Virus record (IMG/VR): IMGVR_UViG_3300025018_000098
Location: 104,875 to 168,874 of that record
Reading direction: 5' to 3' (one strand)
From: a virus
Length of the DNA: 64,000 nt
The number at the start of each line of letters is the position of its first letter. Within the stretch, counting starts at the first letter, position 1. Made by a program: the position numbers and the translations under genes. The notes under the pieces are model-generated. The model made no database searches and was not told where the DNA came from. It saw only the letters and a list, made by a program, of their open reading frames with translations. This document shows, piece by piece, positions 1 through 9,103 of the stretch.

Positions 1-641
1 GCCGCAATAAACCGCCCACCGTTCGTACGGTAAGTCACTCGGTACGGATGGTCTTCGCTCTTCTTAGCTAGTTCGATGGCGTCCCGAATGACCTCGTGGT
101 CGTCCGAGTGAACATGTTTCCAGAACTCATCGATCTTCCCGCTGAACGTCTCGGGGTCTGCATCAAACATCTCCATCATCTGGGGATCCCAAACTAGAGC
201 ATCTGTGGCAAACTCCCAGCGCCAAACACCGGCCTTTGCTGCGTCTAGGGCCAGGCGGAGATGTTGCTCGCTCCTCGCGAGCTTTTGGTAGGCGAGGTAC
301 TCCTCCGTGGCATCCTCCAGCATCACAGAAGCGGTTCGGGGACGGACCCAGGTTATGTACGTCCGATAGACCCGCCCACGCAGGCTCACCGATATGATGT
401 CTGGCTGCCCTCCTCGGGCAGCCTCAGCGACCTCATCTGCCAGATTGGAGGCACCCAGCAGCGGCAGCGGGATGTCGCCTATCGACGCACCCACGTATTG
501 GCGGAGGTCCGTGCCGTCCAACGCCTTGTTGTTGGCCCACAGCAATACGAGCTCACGGGAGGAGCTCGTATCGTTTGGCAGCTCCCAAACTGTAGTGGCC
601 AGCGGCAGCCGCTGGATCACAGCGTTGAGTAAGTGGGGCAC
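1..641 (-). CDS. Tandem PAS-domain sensor protein (partial, runs off window)
   Basis: Not in ORF track. Manual translation from GTG at 641 (overlaps upstream TAG) is open to position 1: VPHLLNAVIQRLPLATTVWE...LLWANNKA...MLEDAT...SEQHLRLALDAAKAGVWRWEFATDALVWDPQMMEMFDADPETFSGKIDEFWKHVHSDD, a typical PAS_3-type pattern. Confidence 0.85.
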   Translation of the reverse strand, partial: MPHLLNAVIQRLPLATTVWELPNDTSSSRELVLLWANNKALDGTDLRQYVGASIGDIPLPLLGASNLADEVAEAARGGQPDIISVSLRGRVYRTYITWVRPRTASVMLEDATEEYLAYQKLARSEQHLRLALDAAKAGVWRWEFATDALVWDPQMMEMFDADPETFSGKIDEFWKHVHSDDHEVIRDAIELAKKSEDHPYRVTYRTNGGRFIA

Positions 642-1336
642 TAGGCGCCGGCCCATTCCTGAGAGATGTACGCGGGGACGTCTGCGTCATACGGGCCATC
701 GTAGACGTAGCCCGCAATCCAGTCGCCGTTCATCGGGTAAAACGCACCGTTGGTCGCGCCGAGCGTCAGCGGCATGTTTGCCTGAAACGTGGAGCCGCCT
801 TGAGCTTTCGGGTATGTCCCTGTCGGATCGCGTAGCGTCATGGTACCGCCTGCGATCGTCTCCAACGAGAACTGAAACAGGGAGCCCATGTACATCGGTA
901 TGCCCAAGAAGCTATTGGGCGACGCTACCGAGTATGGGACGTACTCGTTGCCCGTGGTCCATGCACCTAGCCAATGCGGCCCACCACCAAAAATGGCGCG
1001 GTAGTTCGTCGACACGTTGTCCATCTGACCCACAAAGTAGTAGGTGCGCGTGCCCCCAACCACTGCCGGTGTGATGCTGAAGTTGGCGTTATAGAGACGC
1101 CTGCCCCCAGCGAACCGAATCGCGGTATGACCGCCGATGGTCGAGATTGTCGGGCGCGTCGACGGACTGGTCATCGTGTAGCCGTTGCCGCTGACATCAG
1201 GGACCGAGTCCACGTCGCCAGAAACAAGCACGGCATCACGTGCTTCCCAGCCGCCGCGAAGGTCCGTAGTCGGTAGAGTGAGCGCGGGCGCGCCGCTCAC
1301 CCCCGCCGCAGCGATAGCTCCTACGCTCGACAACAT
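641..1336 (-). CDS. LamG/concanavalin A-like domain virion protein
   Basis: Likely start MLSSVG at 1336 (TGATG overlap). W-ARD...VDSVPDVSGNGYTMT...RPT...AIRF and terminal LGA...NGDWI...VY pattern is typical of LamG-like phage adhesins. Confidence 0.6.
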   Translation of the reverse strand: MLSSVGAIAAAGVSGAPALTLPTTDLRGGWEARDAVLVSGDVDSVPDVSGNGYTMTSPSTRPTISTIGGHTAIRFAGGRRLYNANFSITPAVVGGTRTYYFVGQMDNVSTNYRAIFGGGPHWLGAWTTGNEYVPYSVASPNSFLGIPMYMGSLFQFSLETIAGGTMTLRDPTGTYPKAQGGSTFQANMPLTLGATNGAFYPMNGDWIAGYVYDGPYDADVPAYISQEWAGA

Positions 1337-3183
1337 CACGCGATGACTCCGGCCGCCCACGCCTCGGTGGCGCTCAGCTTGGTGATGGTGACCCCTGCGT
1401 AGTCCGCAGCAGCGTCGATGGTGCATTCGCCAGCGGTGGGCGTGTCTGCGCTGGGGCCGACAATGGCGAGCCCCCCGGACCCGTCGATTATACCCTCGTA
1501 CGTGGCGTCGCCGGGCTTGATGACCAGCGCGTTGAAGCCATCTCGCAGGTCGTGGGCGACCGTCATGACGATATCTGCACCCGCCGTCGCGGTGTCGAGG
1601 ATAAACGTCTTGCCGCTGTCTGCGTCTGTGAAGGCGCGCGATGCTGTGATGGTCACGATCTCGACGAACCGGCTCACCATGGGCGGGACGTTCAGCAGCT
1701 GGAGCCGGTTTCCTTCGACCACCCACAGAACCTGAACCGTTCCTGTTGAGGGCTCCGTAGCCGTGTAATACGGCGCGACAGACGACGACCAGTACTGGGC
1801 GCCGTCTGTAAGGCCGTGGCCGCCTACCAGCTCGTGGAAGCCTTGGAGTTGGATCACGAACTCGTTCGCATCTACCACTTCGACCACGAAGGCTTGCTTG
1901 GTGTGTGCCGGCGTGGACAGGTCAGCAGTCACCCAGGTCCCTGCGTTGTAATAGACCGGGATTGGGATCCCCGACGACAGCGTGAAGCCGTGGGCACCCT
2001 GAAAGACGGTCTGCTGCGACGTACCTGGCACGTAGTCGGACAAGGTAGATGGCACCCCGTACCGGTTCACCGAGACCGTACCGCTGTACGCCGCCTGCGT
2101 GCCGCCACCAACAGGGCAAGCCGTCATATACTGAATCGTTAAAGTCCCGTTCCCGGTCACTATGTTGTCTGCGAAAGCGGACCCGACCAACCGCACAACG
2201 ACGTCTATGCCAACGCCGATGTCCATGACCTCCCCGCTGAAGGCGGCGATGGTCGAGTGGCTCTCAGTGATGTTGAGGTTCGCCTGCACGTCCATCAAGA
2301 GGCGCGTGCCGTCTACGCTGACCAGGGTGGTATCCACCAGCGTCAGGGTGCTCTCCTCATCGTAGACCAGCGGCGTGACCACCGCAGGCCCCGCGACAGA
2401 TCCGGCGTACAGGAACAGACTCTTGACCCCAGCCAAGTTTGTGAACACGCAGTTTTCTGCGAACCCCATGAAGTTCGAGTCCACGACGCCGAAGGTGCCG
2501 AGCAACGTGATTCCGCGCATGTCCCAGGTACCTGTCGGGAAGTCATCATTCGTGACCTTCACCGCAAGTGTGCCGACCGGGCTCACCCGCACCGCGTTGT
2601 ACGCCTCCTCGAACGTGGCATAGCGACCCACAGAGGCATCGGTGGCTTGAAGCGGATCCCACTCAGCGCTCGAGGCACCACCACCACTGTTGACCGCCAC
2701 GGCCAGATCGTAGGCCCACTGGCCCCAGCCCCTCCAGTTCTGCCCGGCGGACCCGCGACCCGCCAAGTCAGCGTACACGGCGTTGTCCAAGGACTCGTCG
2801 GGGTCATTCACGCTCAGTGTTTGGCTCGCCGGAGCTCCCTCACCGAACAAGGGTGGTCGTAGCCCACTGCCTATATGGGGCACACTGGCCAGGCGCTCCG
2901 TGAACGTGATTACGCCGTTGTCCGTGGCTGTTAGACGGATACGGAAGGCGCAGAACTCCACGATATCGAGAGCAGGTCCGATCGTGACTGTGCTCCCAGT
3001 GATCGCGGAGAGCACCGCCACAGATCCTACCGCGTCTATGAGCTCCCAGATGTAGGAGACCCCGGCGCCCGGCGCTGGGTCGACAGCCTCAAGCGTAATG
3101 ACCTCCCCTGAGATGAGGTCATGCCTGGATTGCCCTGCAGTTCCCGCACCAGGGGTTGCTTGATCGATACGAAAGGTGGCCAT
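1336..3183 (-). CDS. Tail fibre / virion structural protein with N-terminal Ig/PKD-like domain
   Basis: 615 aa, rich in G/T/A/V; YIWELI...FRIRLTATDNG Ig-like pattern; coupled to the LamG-like gene. Confidence 0.55.
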   Translation of the reverse strand: MATFRIDQATPGAGTAGQSRHDLISGEVITLEAVDPAPGAGVSYIWELIDAVGSVAVLSAITGSTVTIGPALDIVEFCAFRIRLTATDNGVITFTERLASVPHIGSGLRPPLFGEGAPASQTLSVNDPDESLDNAVYADLAGRGSAGQNWRGWGQWAYDLAVAVNSGGGASSAEWDPLQATDASVGRYATFEEAYNAVRVSPVGTLAVKVTNDDFPTGTWDMRGITLLGTFGVVDSNFMGFAENCVFTNLAGVKSLFLYAGSVAGPAVVTPLVYDEESTLTLVDTTLVSVDGTRLLMDVQANLNITESHSTIAAFSGEVMDIGVGIDVVVRLVGSAFADNIVTGNGTLTIQYMTACPVGGGTQAAYSGTVSVNRYGVPSTLSDYVPGTSQQTVFQGAHGFTLSSGIPIPVYYNAGTWVTADLSTPAHTKQAFVVEVVDANEFVIQLQGFHELVGGHGLTDGAQYWSSSVAPYYTATEPSTGTVQVLWVVEGNRLQLLNVPPMVSRFVEIVTITASRAFTDADSGKTFILDTATAGADIVMTVAHDLRDGFNALVIKPGDATYEGIIDGSGGLAIVGPSADTPTAGECTIDAAADYAGVTITKLSATEAWAAGVIA

Positions 3184-3241
3184 GTCCGGAGTGTACCACT
3201 ACCTATCCGCGGGGAGGAATGCACAAAAGGGCTCTCTGCGC

Positions 3242-3312
3242 GCTAAGATCTACCTCTTCTGACCTATGAGCAATGTGAAGGAAACGGGTATTTCGCCCGT
3301 GAAAGGACCAAC
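3242..3312 (+). promoter_or_regulatory. Phage promoter motif copy with hairpin leader
   Basis: GCTAAG-17nt-TATGAG within CCTATGAGCA (3263-3272), then GTGAAGGAAACGGG..CCCGTGAAAGGACC leader before ATG 3313. Confidence 0.65.
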
Positions 3313-3828
3313 ATGAACAAGATCACCAAGCTACGCACCGCACTCTCTGGCATCTACCGGGAGAGCGCCGCGTACATCAAGCACCTATCTATTCGTGGGA
3401 AAGTGGTGCAGTCCCTCTACCGGGGGGCGTTCCTGCCTCTGAGCCTGGCCCATGTGCTGGTGTCCGAGGATGCAGTCAAAGACTACGCAACGGATGAACA
3501 GCGAGCCGCAGACATCCAGGTCTGGGTCATCATGAACCAGGCTCGGTTGTCAGCGAACGGATTCCCGGCCTCGTCCGACGCATGGTTGGATTATCATGGG
3601 GTACTACTGCCCCACGACGACACGGATCCTCGGATCCTGAGGGAGCTCTACCGCTTCTTCGACGGCCCCTCGCGCTCCCCGCGAGCGTTCGTCCAGGCGT
3701 TCGTCTCGGCCATCACGGTGGCTGTCCGCATCGCCGAGGAAGAGGCGGAGTCGGTCACTGTCGATATCGAGTCGACGGATCTTAGCGACAACCGAGTCAT
3801 CCTCGTGAACTTCGGCAACAAGGGTTGA
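3313..3828 (+). CDS. Hypothetical protein
   Basis: 171 aa ORF with SD, its own promoter motif and a downstream GC hairpin (about 3833-3853). Confidence 0.75.
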   Translation: MNKITKLRTALSGIYRESAAYIKHLSIRGKVVQSLYRGAFLPLSLAHVLVSEDAVKDYATDEQRAADIQVWVIMNQARLSANGFPASSDAWLDYHGVLLPHDDTDPRILRELYRFFDGPSRSPRAFVQAFVSAITVAVRIAEEEAESVTVDIESTDLSDNRVILVNFGNKG

Positions 3829-3866
3829 CACACAGGGGGCCCCAGCCCCCCTGCGCAGTCCCTTTG

Positions 3867-4286
3867 CTATACGATGGTCTCGGGCCCTTCCCCGTCGTTG
3901 TACACGAAGAGGAGGTCGGCCGGCTTGAGCAGAATGATCCCTGCACCGAACTGATGCTGGATATGCTCGTTGGTCGCTTGCTTGTCCCGGAAGCGGAGGA
4001 AGCAGCACTTGAGCCCCACCTCGAGATCGGGGATGGGCACAGGCTCCTCGAGGAACTTCTGACGCCCATACTTCTTGGGGATCGAGCGGATGTAACCGAA
4101 CGCCAGGATGGTGGCCGTGGTGTAGATGGACTCGATGGCCTTCTCACTGGCCTTGAAGATGAGCCCAGACGTCGTCTTGTCCGACGTCGGATCCACACGC
4201 ACCAGGATGTGCTCGTTCACGAGCTGGAAGCTGCGCCCATCCTCGAAGGTACACTCGTCATATGGGTGTCGCTCAGCCATAACCAT
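3867..4286 (-). CDS. groES: GroES/Cpn10-like co-chaperonin
   Basis: QLVNEHILVRVDPTSDKTTSGLIF mobile-loop motif, ATILAFG, and ILLKPADLLFV C-terminal pattern. Confidence 0.8.
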   Translation of the reverse strand: MVMAERHPYDECTFEDGRSFQLVNEHILVRVDPTSDKTTSGLIFKASEKAIESIYTTATILAFGYIRSIPKKYGRQKFLEEPVPIPDLEVGLKCCFLRFRDKQATNEHIQHQFGAGIILLKPADLLFVYNDGEGPETIV

Positions 4287-4767
4287 GCTCGCTGTCCTTG
4301 AAGGGCCTGAAGTCCCGCTCTGCCGAGTAGCGCTGCTGCCTCATGGGCGGCTCAACCTCCATAGGACCGAGGGGCCGCCTGCCCTGCAGCTTCCACAGGA
4401 GCTTCTGTGTCGCCGTGTCCTCATCCTCACGATCCTGGGTGAGCTTCCTGATGGTCTCTTCTACGGCTACCTTCTTCTGGACCGCCACCTGCTTCAGCTC
4501 GGGATCCCCTACATGCACCTCAGGCTTCTCCAGCTCGCCGCCCCCTCGAATCTCATCGGAGTCGTGGGGAACCAGTGGGATACCGAAGTAGGTCTCCACA
4601 TCGGCCTCTTTCGCCAAGACCCACAACCACCCTGGAACGCGGAAGCTGGCGGGCCCGGTCCCCTCGATGACCATGTGGCCTTTGATCTCGTCGTCGAAGG
4701 CACGCCGGATGTTGCCATCTTGGTTGGTCACCGCGGCAATCCATAGGTCTCTGGGTGTGAGCTTCAT
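4273..4767 (-). CDS. Hypothetical protein
   Basis: ORF overlapping neighbours; start MKLTPRD after GGAGG. Confidence 0.6.
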   Translation of the reverse strand: MKLTPRDLWIAAVTNQDGNIRRAFDDEIKGHMVIEGTGPASFRVPGWLWVLAKEADVETYFGIPLVPHDSDEIRGGGELEKPEVHVGDPELKQVAVQKKVAVEETIRKLTQDREDEDTATQKLLWKLQGRRPLGPMEVEPPMRQQRYSAERDFRPFKDSEHGYG

Positions 4768-5156
4768 CGAGACACCTCCTCTGGGGTCACAGGACCCCAA
4801 TCATCTGAGAGCATGTCCGTCTGACTGGCGAGCCACCCGAGGACCTTCTTCCCATCTGCAGTGTGCATCATAAGGGTAGGTAGGATGGTGCTGTCCGCCA
4901 GCTGCGCCATGAGCGAGTCCATGAGCTGATCCTTCACGCCTGCATCGTGCCACCCCTTAGCGTAGCCTTGGAGCGCCTCAGTCAGGACCTTTCCGGGCAC
5001 GACCCGGACCCACATCTTTTTGCCGTTCCAGCCCTTCCTGGCGATGCAGCTTCCTGTGTGCCGTGTGTAGCTGAGGGCCTTGCTAAAGCTCCAGTTGAAC
5101 TCTGGAGTGACGACGGCTGTGGTCTCGCCGGTCAGCATGTGGTCGACCTCACTCAT
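4764..5156 (-). CDS. tad2: DUF2829 / Tad2-like (Thoeris anti-defence 2) protein
   Basis: FSKAL...IARKGWNGKKMWV...LMMHTADG...GWLASQTDMLSDDW signature. Confidence 0.85.
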   Translation of the reverse strand: MSEVDHMLTGETTAVVTPEFNWSFSKALSYTRHTGSCIARKGWNGKKMWVRVVPGKVLTEALQGYAKGWHDAGVKDQLMDSLMAQLADSTILPTLMMHTADGKKVLGWLASQTDMLSDDWGPVTPEEVSR

Positions 5157-5517
5157 CGGAGGCACCTTCATCCAACGAGAAGTCCTCGAGGGCGTTGGCC
5201 ACACTAGCCTCGTCGGCCACCGCTGCAGCTGCGCCGTTGTCCAGCTTCTCCAGGTGCGCCAGGACCTGTTCCAGCATCTTCTCCGGCAACGAGCGGAGCT
5301 GGGTGCTCATCTGCTTCTCATCGGCCAAGAGGAAGATACCTGGGCGGCCGTCCGGAGTCTTCCCGAAGCGGTTGACGAGGCACATGGACTCCTTGCCCTC
5401 GCTGTTGGTGTACCGGATCGCGTACTGCTGGCACTCAGTGATGCTGAGGACCTTGTTCTTCTGCGAGTGGTACTTTGCCTTGGGCGTCTCGTAGCTCTGA
5501 ATCGTTCCGTTTCCCAT
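5149..5517 (-). CDS. Hypothetical protein
   Basis: ORF with AGGAG SD and acidic tail. Confidence 0.6.
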   Translation of the reverse strand: MGNGTIQSYETPKAKYHSQKNKVLSITECQQYAIRYTNSEGKESMCLVNRFGKTPDGRPGIFLLADEKQMSTQLRSLPEKMLEQVLAHLEKLDNGAAAAVADEASVANALEDFSLDEGASDE

Positions 5518-5525
5518 TGTGTCTC

Positions 5526-5798
5526 CTATGGCCACTGGCCGATTAGAAAGTCAGCTGCGCCCTTGCGTCCGTCACGGATCGCTTGGACTTGTCGGGGGTA
5601 GAGGACCACCTCCGACTTGGGTGTGTAATCACCGTTGATGTACACGCCCACACGATTGTCGCTGTGCCTGGCGATGTGTGTGCACAGCAGGGTCAGCATC
5701 TGTTCCCGAGTCAGTACGACATCGGAGGGTTCAGCCTCCGCATCGTAGACTCCCGCCAGGTAGCCGTTCTCTTTGATCTCGAGGTACAGGTACAGCAT
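5526..5798 (-). CDS. Hypothetical protein
   Basis: 90 aa ORF tightly packed in the operon. Confidence 0.55.
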   Translation of the reverse strand: MLYLYLEIKENGYLAGVYDAEAEPSDVVLTREQMLTLLCTHIARHSDNRVGVYINGDYTPKSEVVLYPRQVQAIRDGRKGAADFLIGQWP

Positions 5799-5800
5799 GC

Positions 5801-6655
5801 CTAACCCTGTGCGAAGCCCTCGTCATCGAGGCCGGGGAGGGTGGGTGCCCGCTTCTGCGGGATCTGTGAGGGGTCTGGGGCGCCAGCCTCATCTACTTGG
5901 TGTGGGGCCAAGGTACGGATGGGCACCTGCTGGGCGCGCTCACGCAGCTTGGCGATGACGTCTCGAGGCACAGGCCGGTTACCGAGGGTCTCCTTGATGT
6001 TGGCCTTCCGCTGCTGGGTTGCTGTGGGCACCTTGGGGCGTTCCGGCGACTTAGGGTTCAGGATGTCCTCGAGGTCCGGGCCCTCGCTGTCTTCGAGGTC
6101 GTCTGAGCTCCCCTCGTGCTCCTCCACACTGCTGTAGAAGGCGTCGATGTCGCTCTGGGTCGCTCGAGCAGTGTCTTCAAAGAGACCCTCAGGTACGTCG
6201 ACTGGGCTCTGGATGACGTCTTCGAACTGGGGCGGTACGAAGACCTTGCCCACATCAGGACGAGCCGCCTCTCGCTGGGCGATGATGGTCTGCAGCGTCT
6301 CAGCCACCTCGGAGATATCGTCACCATCTTGAAGGGCGGCCTCGATGGTGCTCCACTCGACGTCCGCCTGTGTCCCGAGCTGCCGCAGGTAACGCTCCTG
6401 GTCCGGCAGCGGGGCTCCAATGCGGCCCACTGGGGGCGCTTCGGGTTCAACCCACCCAACTGTGTGTGGGACAGACACAAGATGCGACTGGGCCGCCTTC
6501 CGCTTGGCGTCGATGATGACCTTCTGCACCTCTGACTCAGTGGTGGGTACGCGGATCTCACGACCCCCTACTTCGAACACCAGGAAGAAGCTGTCCTGTT
6601 GGGTATCGAGCACATAGTTCTGCTCGACTCGCTTGATGTCTACTACGATCTTCAT
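5801..6655 (-). CDS. Hypothetical acidic protein
   Basis: Likely start MKIVVD (ATGA overlap); D/E-rich centre. Confidence 0.65.
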   Translation of the reverse strand: MKIVVDIKRVEQNYVLDTQQDSFFLVFEVGGREIRVPTTESEVQKVIIDAKRKAAQSHLVSVPHTVGWVEPEAPPVGRIGAPLPDQERYLRQLGTQADVEWSTIEAALQDGDDISEVAETLQTIIAQREAARPDVGKVFVPPQFEDVIQSPVDVPEGLFEDTARATQSDIDAFYSSVEEHEGSSDDLEDSEGPDLEDILNPKSPERPKVPTATQQRKANIKETLGNRPVPRDVIAKLRERAQQVPIRTLAPHQVDEAGAPDPSQIPQKRAPTLPGLDDEGFAQG

Positions 6656-7005
6656 CTTGGGCCTCGTGGGTCTGGTGGTTGTACCGAAGCCGCCTGAGAG
6701 CGTGCTTGGTCTTGTTGTTTCTTGGATGCCCGGGCGTCGTCCTTCTTGCGCAACTGCACGAACTCGAGAGCGGCGTCTGCGATGGTCGCCACAGCCGAAA
6801 GCATCAAACATCTGTCTGCTCCTGCGGCCATGGGGATGAGGCGGTTGTACGCCAGGCAATCAGGGGCACAGATGCGGTTGGCGTTGTGCCAACACACCTC
6901 CCCATTCTTGGCCTCCCGCTCCGAGGGCTCTTCCTCGTGGATGTAGGGTCGGTTGAGGTCTGCTTGGAGCTCCTCGAGCTCTTGGTCGCGGGTGTCAGTC
7001 GACAT
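6652..7005 (-). CDS. Hypothetical Cys-containing protein
   Basis: CWH...ICAPDCLAY...CLML cysteine pattern. Confidence 0.6.
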   Translation of the reverse strand: MSTDTRDQELEELQADLNRPYIHEEEPSEREAKNGEVCWHNANRICAPDCLAYNRLIPMAAGADRCLMLSAVATIADAALEFVQLRKKDDARASKKQQDQARSQAASVQPPDPRGPR

Positions 7006-7621
7006 CGGGCGGTACTCCTAGAACCGAGGCTCCGGCAAAGTGCTCAACCACTGGGGCGTCCTTCGGAACCAGCCAGGGCCACGTCAGCTTGTTGGCTGTG
7101 CCCTCCCAGTCGCACGATCGGCAGGCCGCACGGTTCTGGGGGGACTGGAGAGGCTCCGCATTGCGGGTGAGATTGATCGTGGTCTTGTGGCACTTGGGGC
7201 ACTTGGGCTTCTGGTCCTCCTCGAGCTCCGCTACCTGCTTCTTGAGGTACACGTCGTGTGCCGCCGTGAACGCCGTCTCGACTACCGCGGCGACGACATG
7301 AGACATGATGTAGTCCTTGCCTTCCTGGTCGTCGTCCTCGACAAGGCCGATGAACTTGAACGCCTGCATCAGGGGTCCGGATAGCTGGGCCGTCACGAGG
7401 CGCAGAAGCACCTTTGAGATCCTCTCGATGTCCCAGACAGCCTCGTTCGTGACGGTACCTACAGCGTCCGAGAGGCTGCCAGACCAGCTGCAGTTGGGGC
7501 ACCTCGTGTCGATGTTCTTGAGCTTGTCCCCGGCAGCATCGAGGAGCGTCACGGCGCCCTGCTTGATGACGAGGTCGATCGACCCACAGTCCGGGCACAT
7601 ATACTTGGCGGTGGTGGTCAT
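6995..7621 (-). CDS. Protein with two zinc-ribbon modules
   Basis: CPDC/CPNC and CPKC/CRSC pairs, each followed by W-G. Confidence 0.65.
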   Translation of the reverse strand: MTTTAKYMCPDCGSIDLVIKQGAVTLLDAAGDKLKNIDTRCPNCSWSGSLSDAVGTVTNEAVWDIERISKVLLRLVTAQLSGPLMQAFKFIGLVEDDDQEGKDYIMSHVVAAVVETAFTAAHDVYLKKQVAELEEDQKPKCPKCHKTTINLTRNAEPLQSPQNRAACRSCDWEGTANKLTWPWLVPKDAPVVEHFAGASVLGVPPDVD

Positions 7622-7623
7622 AT

Positions 7624-8013
7624 CTACTTCTTCACGAGCCGGAGCTTGCGCTGTGTTGAGGCGAAGTTCCTGGCTTGATGGTTGATGTTGTCTATGAGGG
7701 AGAGGTTGTCCTCGACCTTGATCTCACGGAGGATGCACACCTCTCCGTACGCTCGAGCCAGGGCAAAAGGGTGAGTACCTTTGCGGTGAGCGCCTTTGCC
7801 ATTCCGCACGAAGTACTCCTGTGTGGGGTCTTCCATGTAGATCGAGGGCAGGTAGGCCGTCTGCATCGTCACGATGACGTCCACGTACCCAGACGTGGCA
7901 CAGGCGACCACAACATTGTCCACGGGCCAACCATTGAGGAAGGTGATGTAGAGCTCCTCGAGGGGATCATCAGAGATGGTCCTGTAGTCGAGGTAGTCGA
8001 GGTCAGTGTCCAT
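7624..8013 (-). CDS. Hypothetical protein with C-terminal LRLVKK tail
   Basis: ORF in the operon; ends KLRLVKK. Confidence 0.55.
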   Translation of the reverse strand: MDTDLDYLDYRTISDDPLEELYITFLNGWPVDNVVVACATSGYVDVIVTMQTAYLPSIYMEDPTQEYFVRNGKGAHRKGTHPFALARAYGEVCILREIKVEDNLSLIDNINHQARNFASTQRKLRLVKK

Positions 8014-8689
8014 AGTTGAACCCGAAGATGTACTTCTCGCCATCGATAGTGATCACCTCATCGTAGGAACCGCAGCAACCCCCGTCCCGAGCGCGTCGCC
8101 ACTCCTTCATCTGGAAGCCGTTGGACATCTTCGCCCAGCGCTCGTTGTCTACGAAGTCCCTGTCTTTCGTGGCAGCCTTGAGTGCATCCCCAAGAGGGCC
8201 ATGCACAGCGGGGTCCAGGTAGTCGTGACGGATGCACCACATCTTGAACGGCGGGGACTTCACGGTTGCCTCGTACCGGAAGATCTTTCGATACCACCGG
8301 ATCCAGGCTACGGGGTCGAAGCGTGCCTCCCCCTCCAGAGGCTTCATCCCAAAGGACGTGTTGTACTTGCGAATGCATCCGAGGTACGCGTCCAGCTCCC
8401 TGAGATCTGGCGTCCAGTAGTCCCGGGTCCTTAGCCCGGACAGGCCCCGGGCCCGGCACTCCTCCCAGTGCTTGTACGTCTCGCAGATGTACGTCTCGCT
8501 CTCTACCCGCTTGTAGATGTCCTTCCAGACCAACGGGTCCTTGCTGTCCCACGGGATCTGGTTCTTCTTGAGCCAGTCCACTAGAGTTGACCGAGTACGG
8601 ATGTACTCCTGCGCCTCTTCCGGACCATCCGCTTGGAAGTAGTGGATGACCCGGGGCTCACTTGGGTGGTTGATACAGTACTGAGGCAT
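8003..8689 (-). CDS. Hypothetical protein
   Basis: Likely start MPQYC; ends GCCGSYDEVITIDGEKYIFGFNYGH. Confidence 0.6.
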   Translation of the reverse strand: MPQYCINHPSEPRVIHYFQADGPEEAQEYIRTRSTLVDWLKKNQIPWDSKDPLVWKDIYKRVESETYICETYKHWEECRARGLSGLRTRDYWTPDLRELDAYLGCIRKYNTSFGMKPLEGEARFDPVAWIRWYRKIFRYEATVKSPPFKMWCIRHDYLDPAVHGPLGDALKAATKDRDFVDNERWAKMSNGFQMKEWRRARDGGCCGSYDEVITIDGEKYIFGFNYGH

Positions 8690-9074
8690 TGGGCGGGGTG
8701 TCTGCTTGTCGGAAGGTTCGAAGACTGCTTGGGATGGCTCGAGCACGCTGGCGTCGAGCTTGGTAGGCATCAGCTTGCTGCTTGTAGACCTTGCCGAGAC
8801 TGATCTTGGCGACCGACTTGACGAAGTCCTTGAGAGCTTCCTGCTGATCCTGGTCTCCCCGCTTCGCCGCCTGAGCGAGGAACGGGAACATGCGGCTGCA
8901 GTACATCTCGAATGCCTCGATGGCGGGCTTCTGCTCCTCTTTGGAGAGGGAGGCTTGTACGAGAGCACGAGTGGCCAATAGCTGCTCTTCCTGACGCTGC
9001 AGGTAGATCAACACGAAGACTGACTCCAGAAGGGTCCCCCTTGGAGGGACACCAACATACTTGTCGTAGAGCAT
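8658..9074 (-). CDS. Putative tail assembly chaperone C-terminal extension (GT-like)
   Basis: Frame stays open upstream (KWLKTPGGWAYAN) to the A AAA AAT site at the end of the upstream gene. Confidence 0.5.
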   Translation of the reverse strand: MLYDKYVGVPPRGTLLESVFVLIYLQRQEEQLLATRALVQASLSKEEQKPAIEAFEMYCSRMFPFLAQAAKRGDQDQQEALKDFVKSVAKISLGKVYKQQADAYQARRQRARAIPSSLRTFRQADTPPNASVLYQPPK

Positions 9075-9103
9075 GTTGGCATAAGCCCATCCTCCTGGAG
9101 TCT

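Noticed and set aside
1337-1726. Arg/His-rich N-terminal extension of ORF 641-1726
   Set aside because: Off-frame overlap with the upstream gene; the real start is likely 1336
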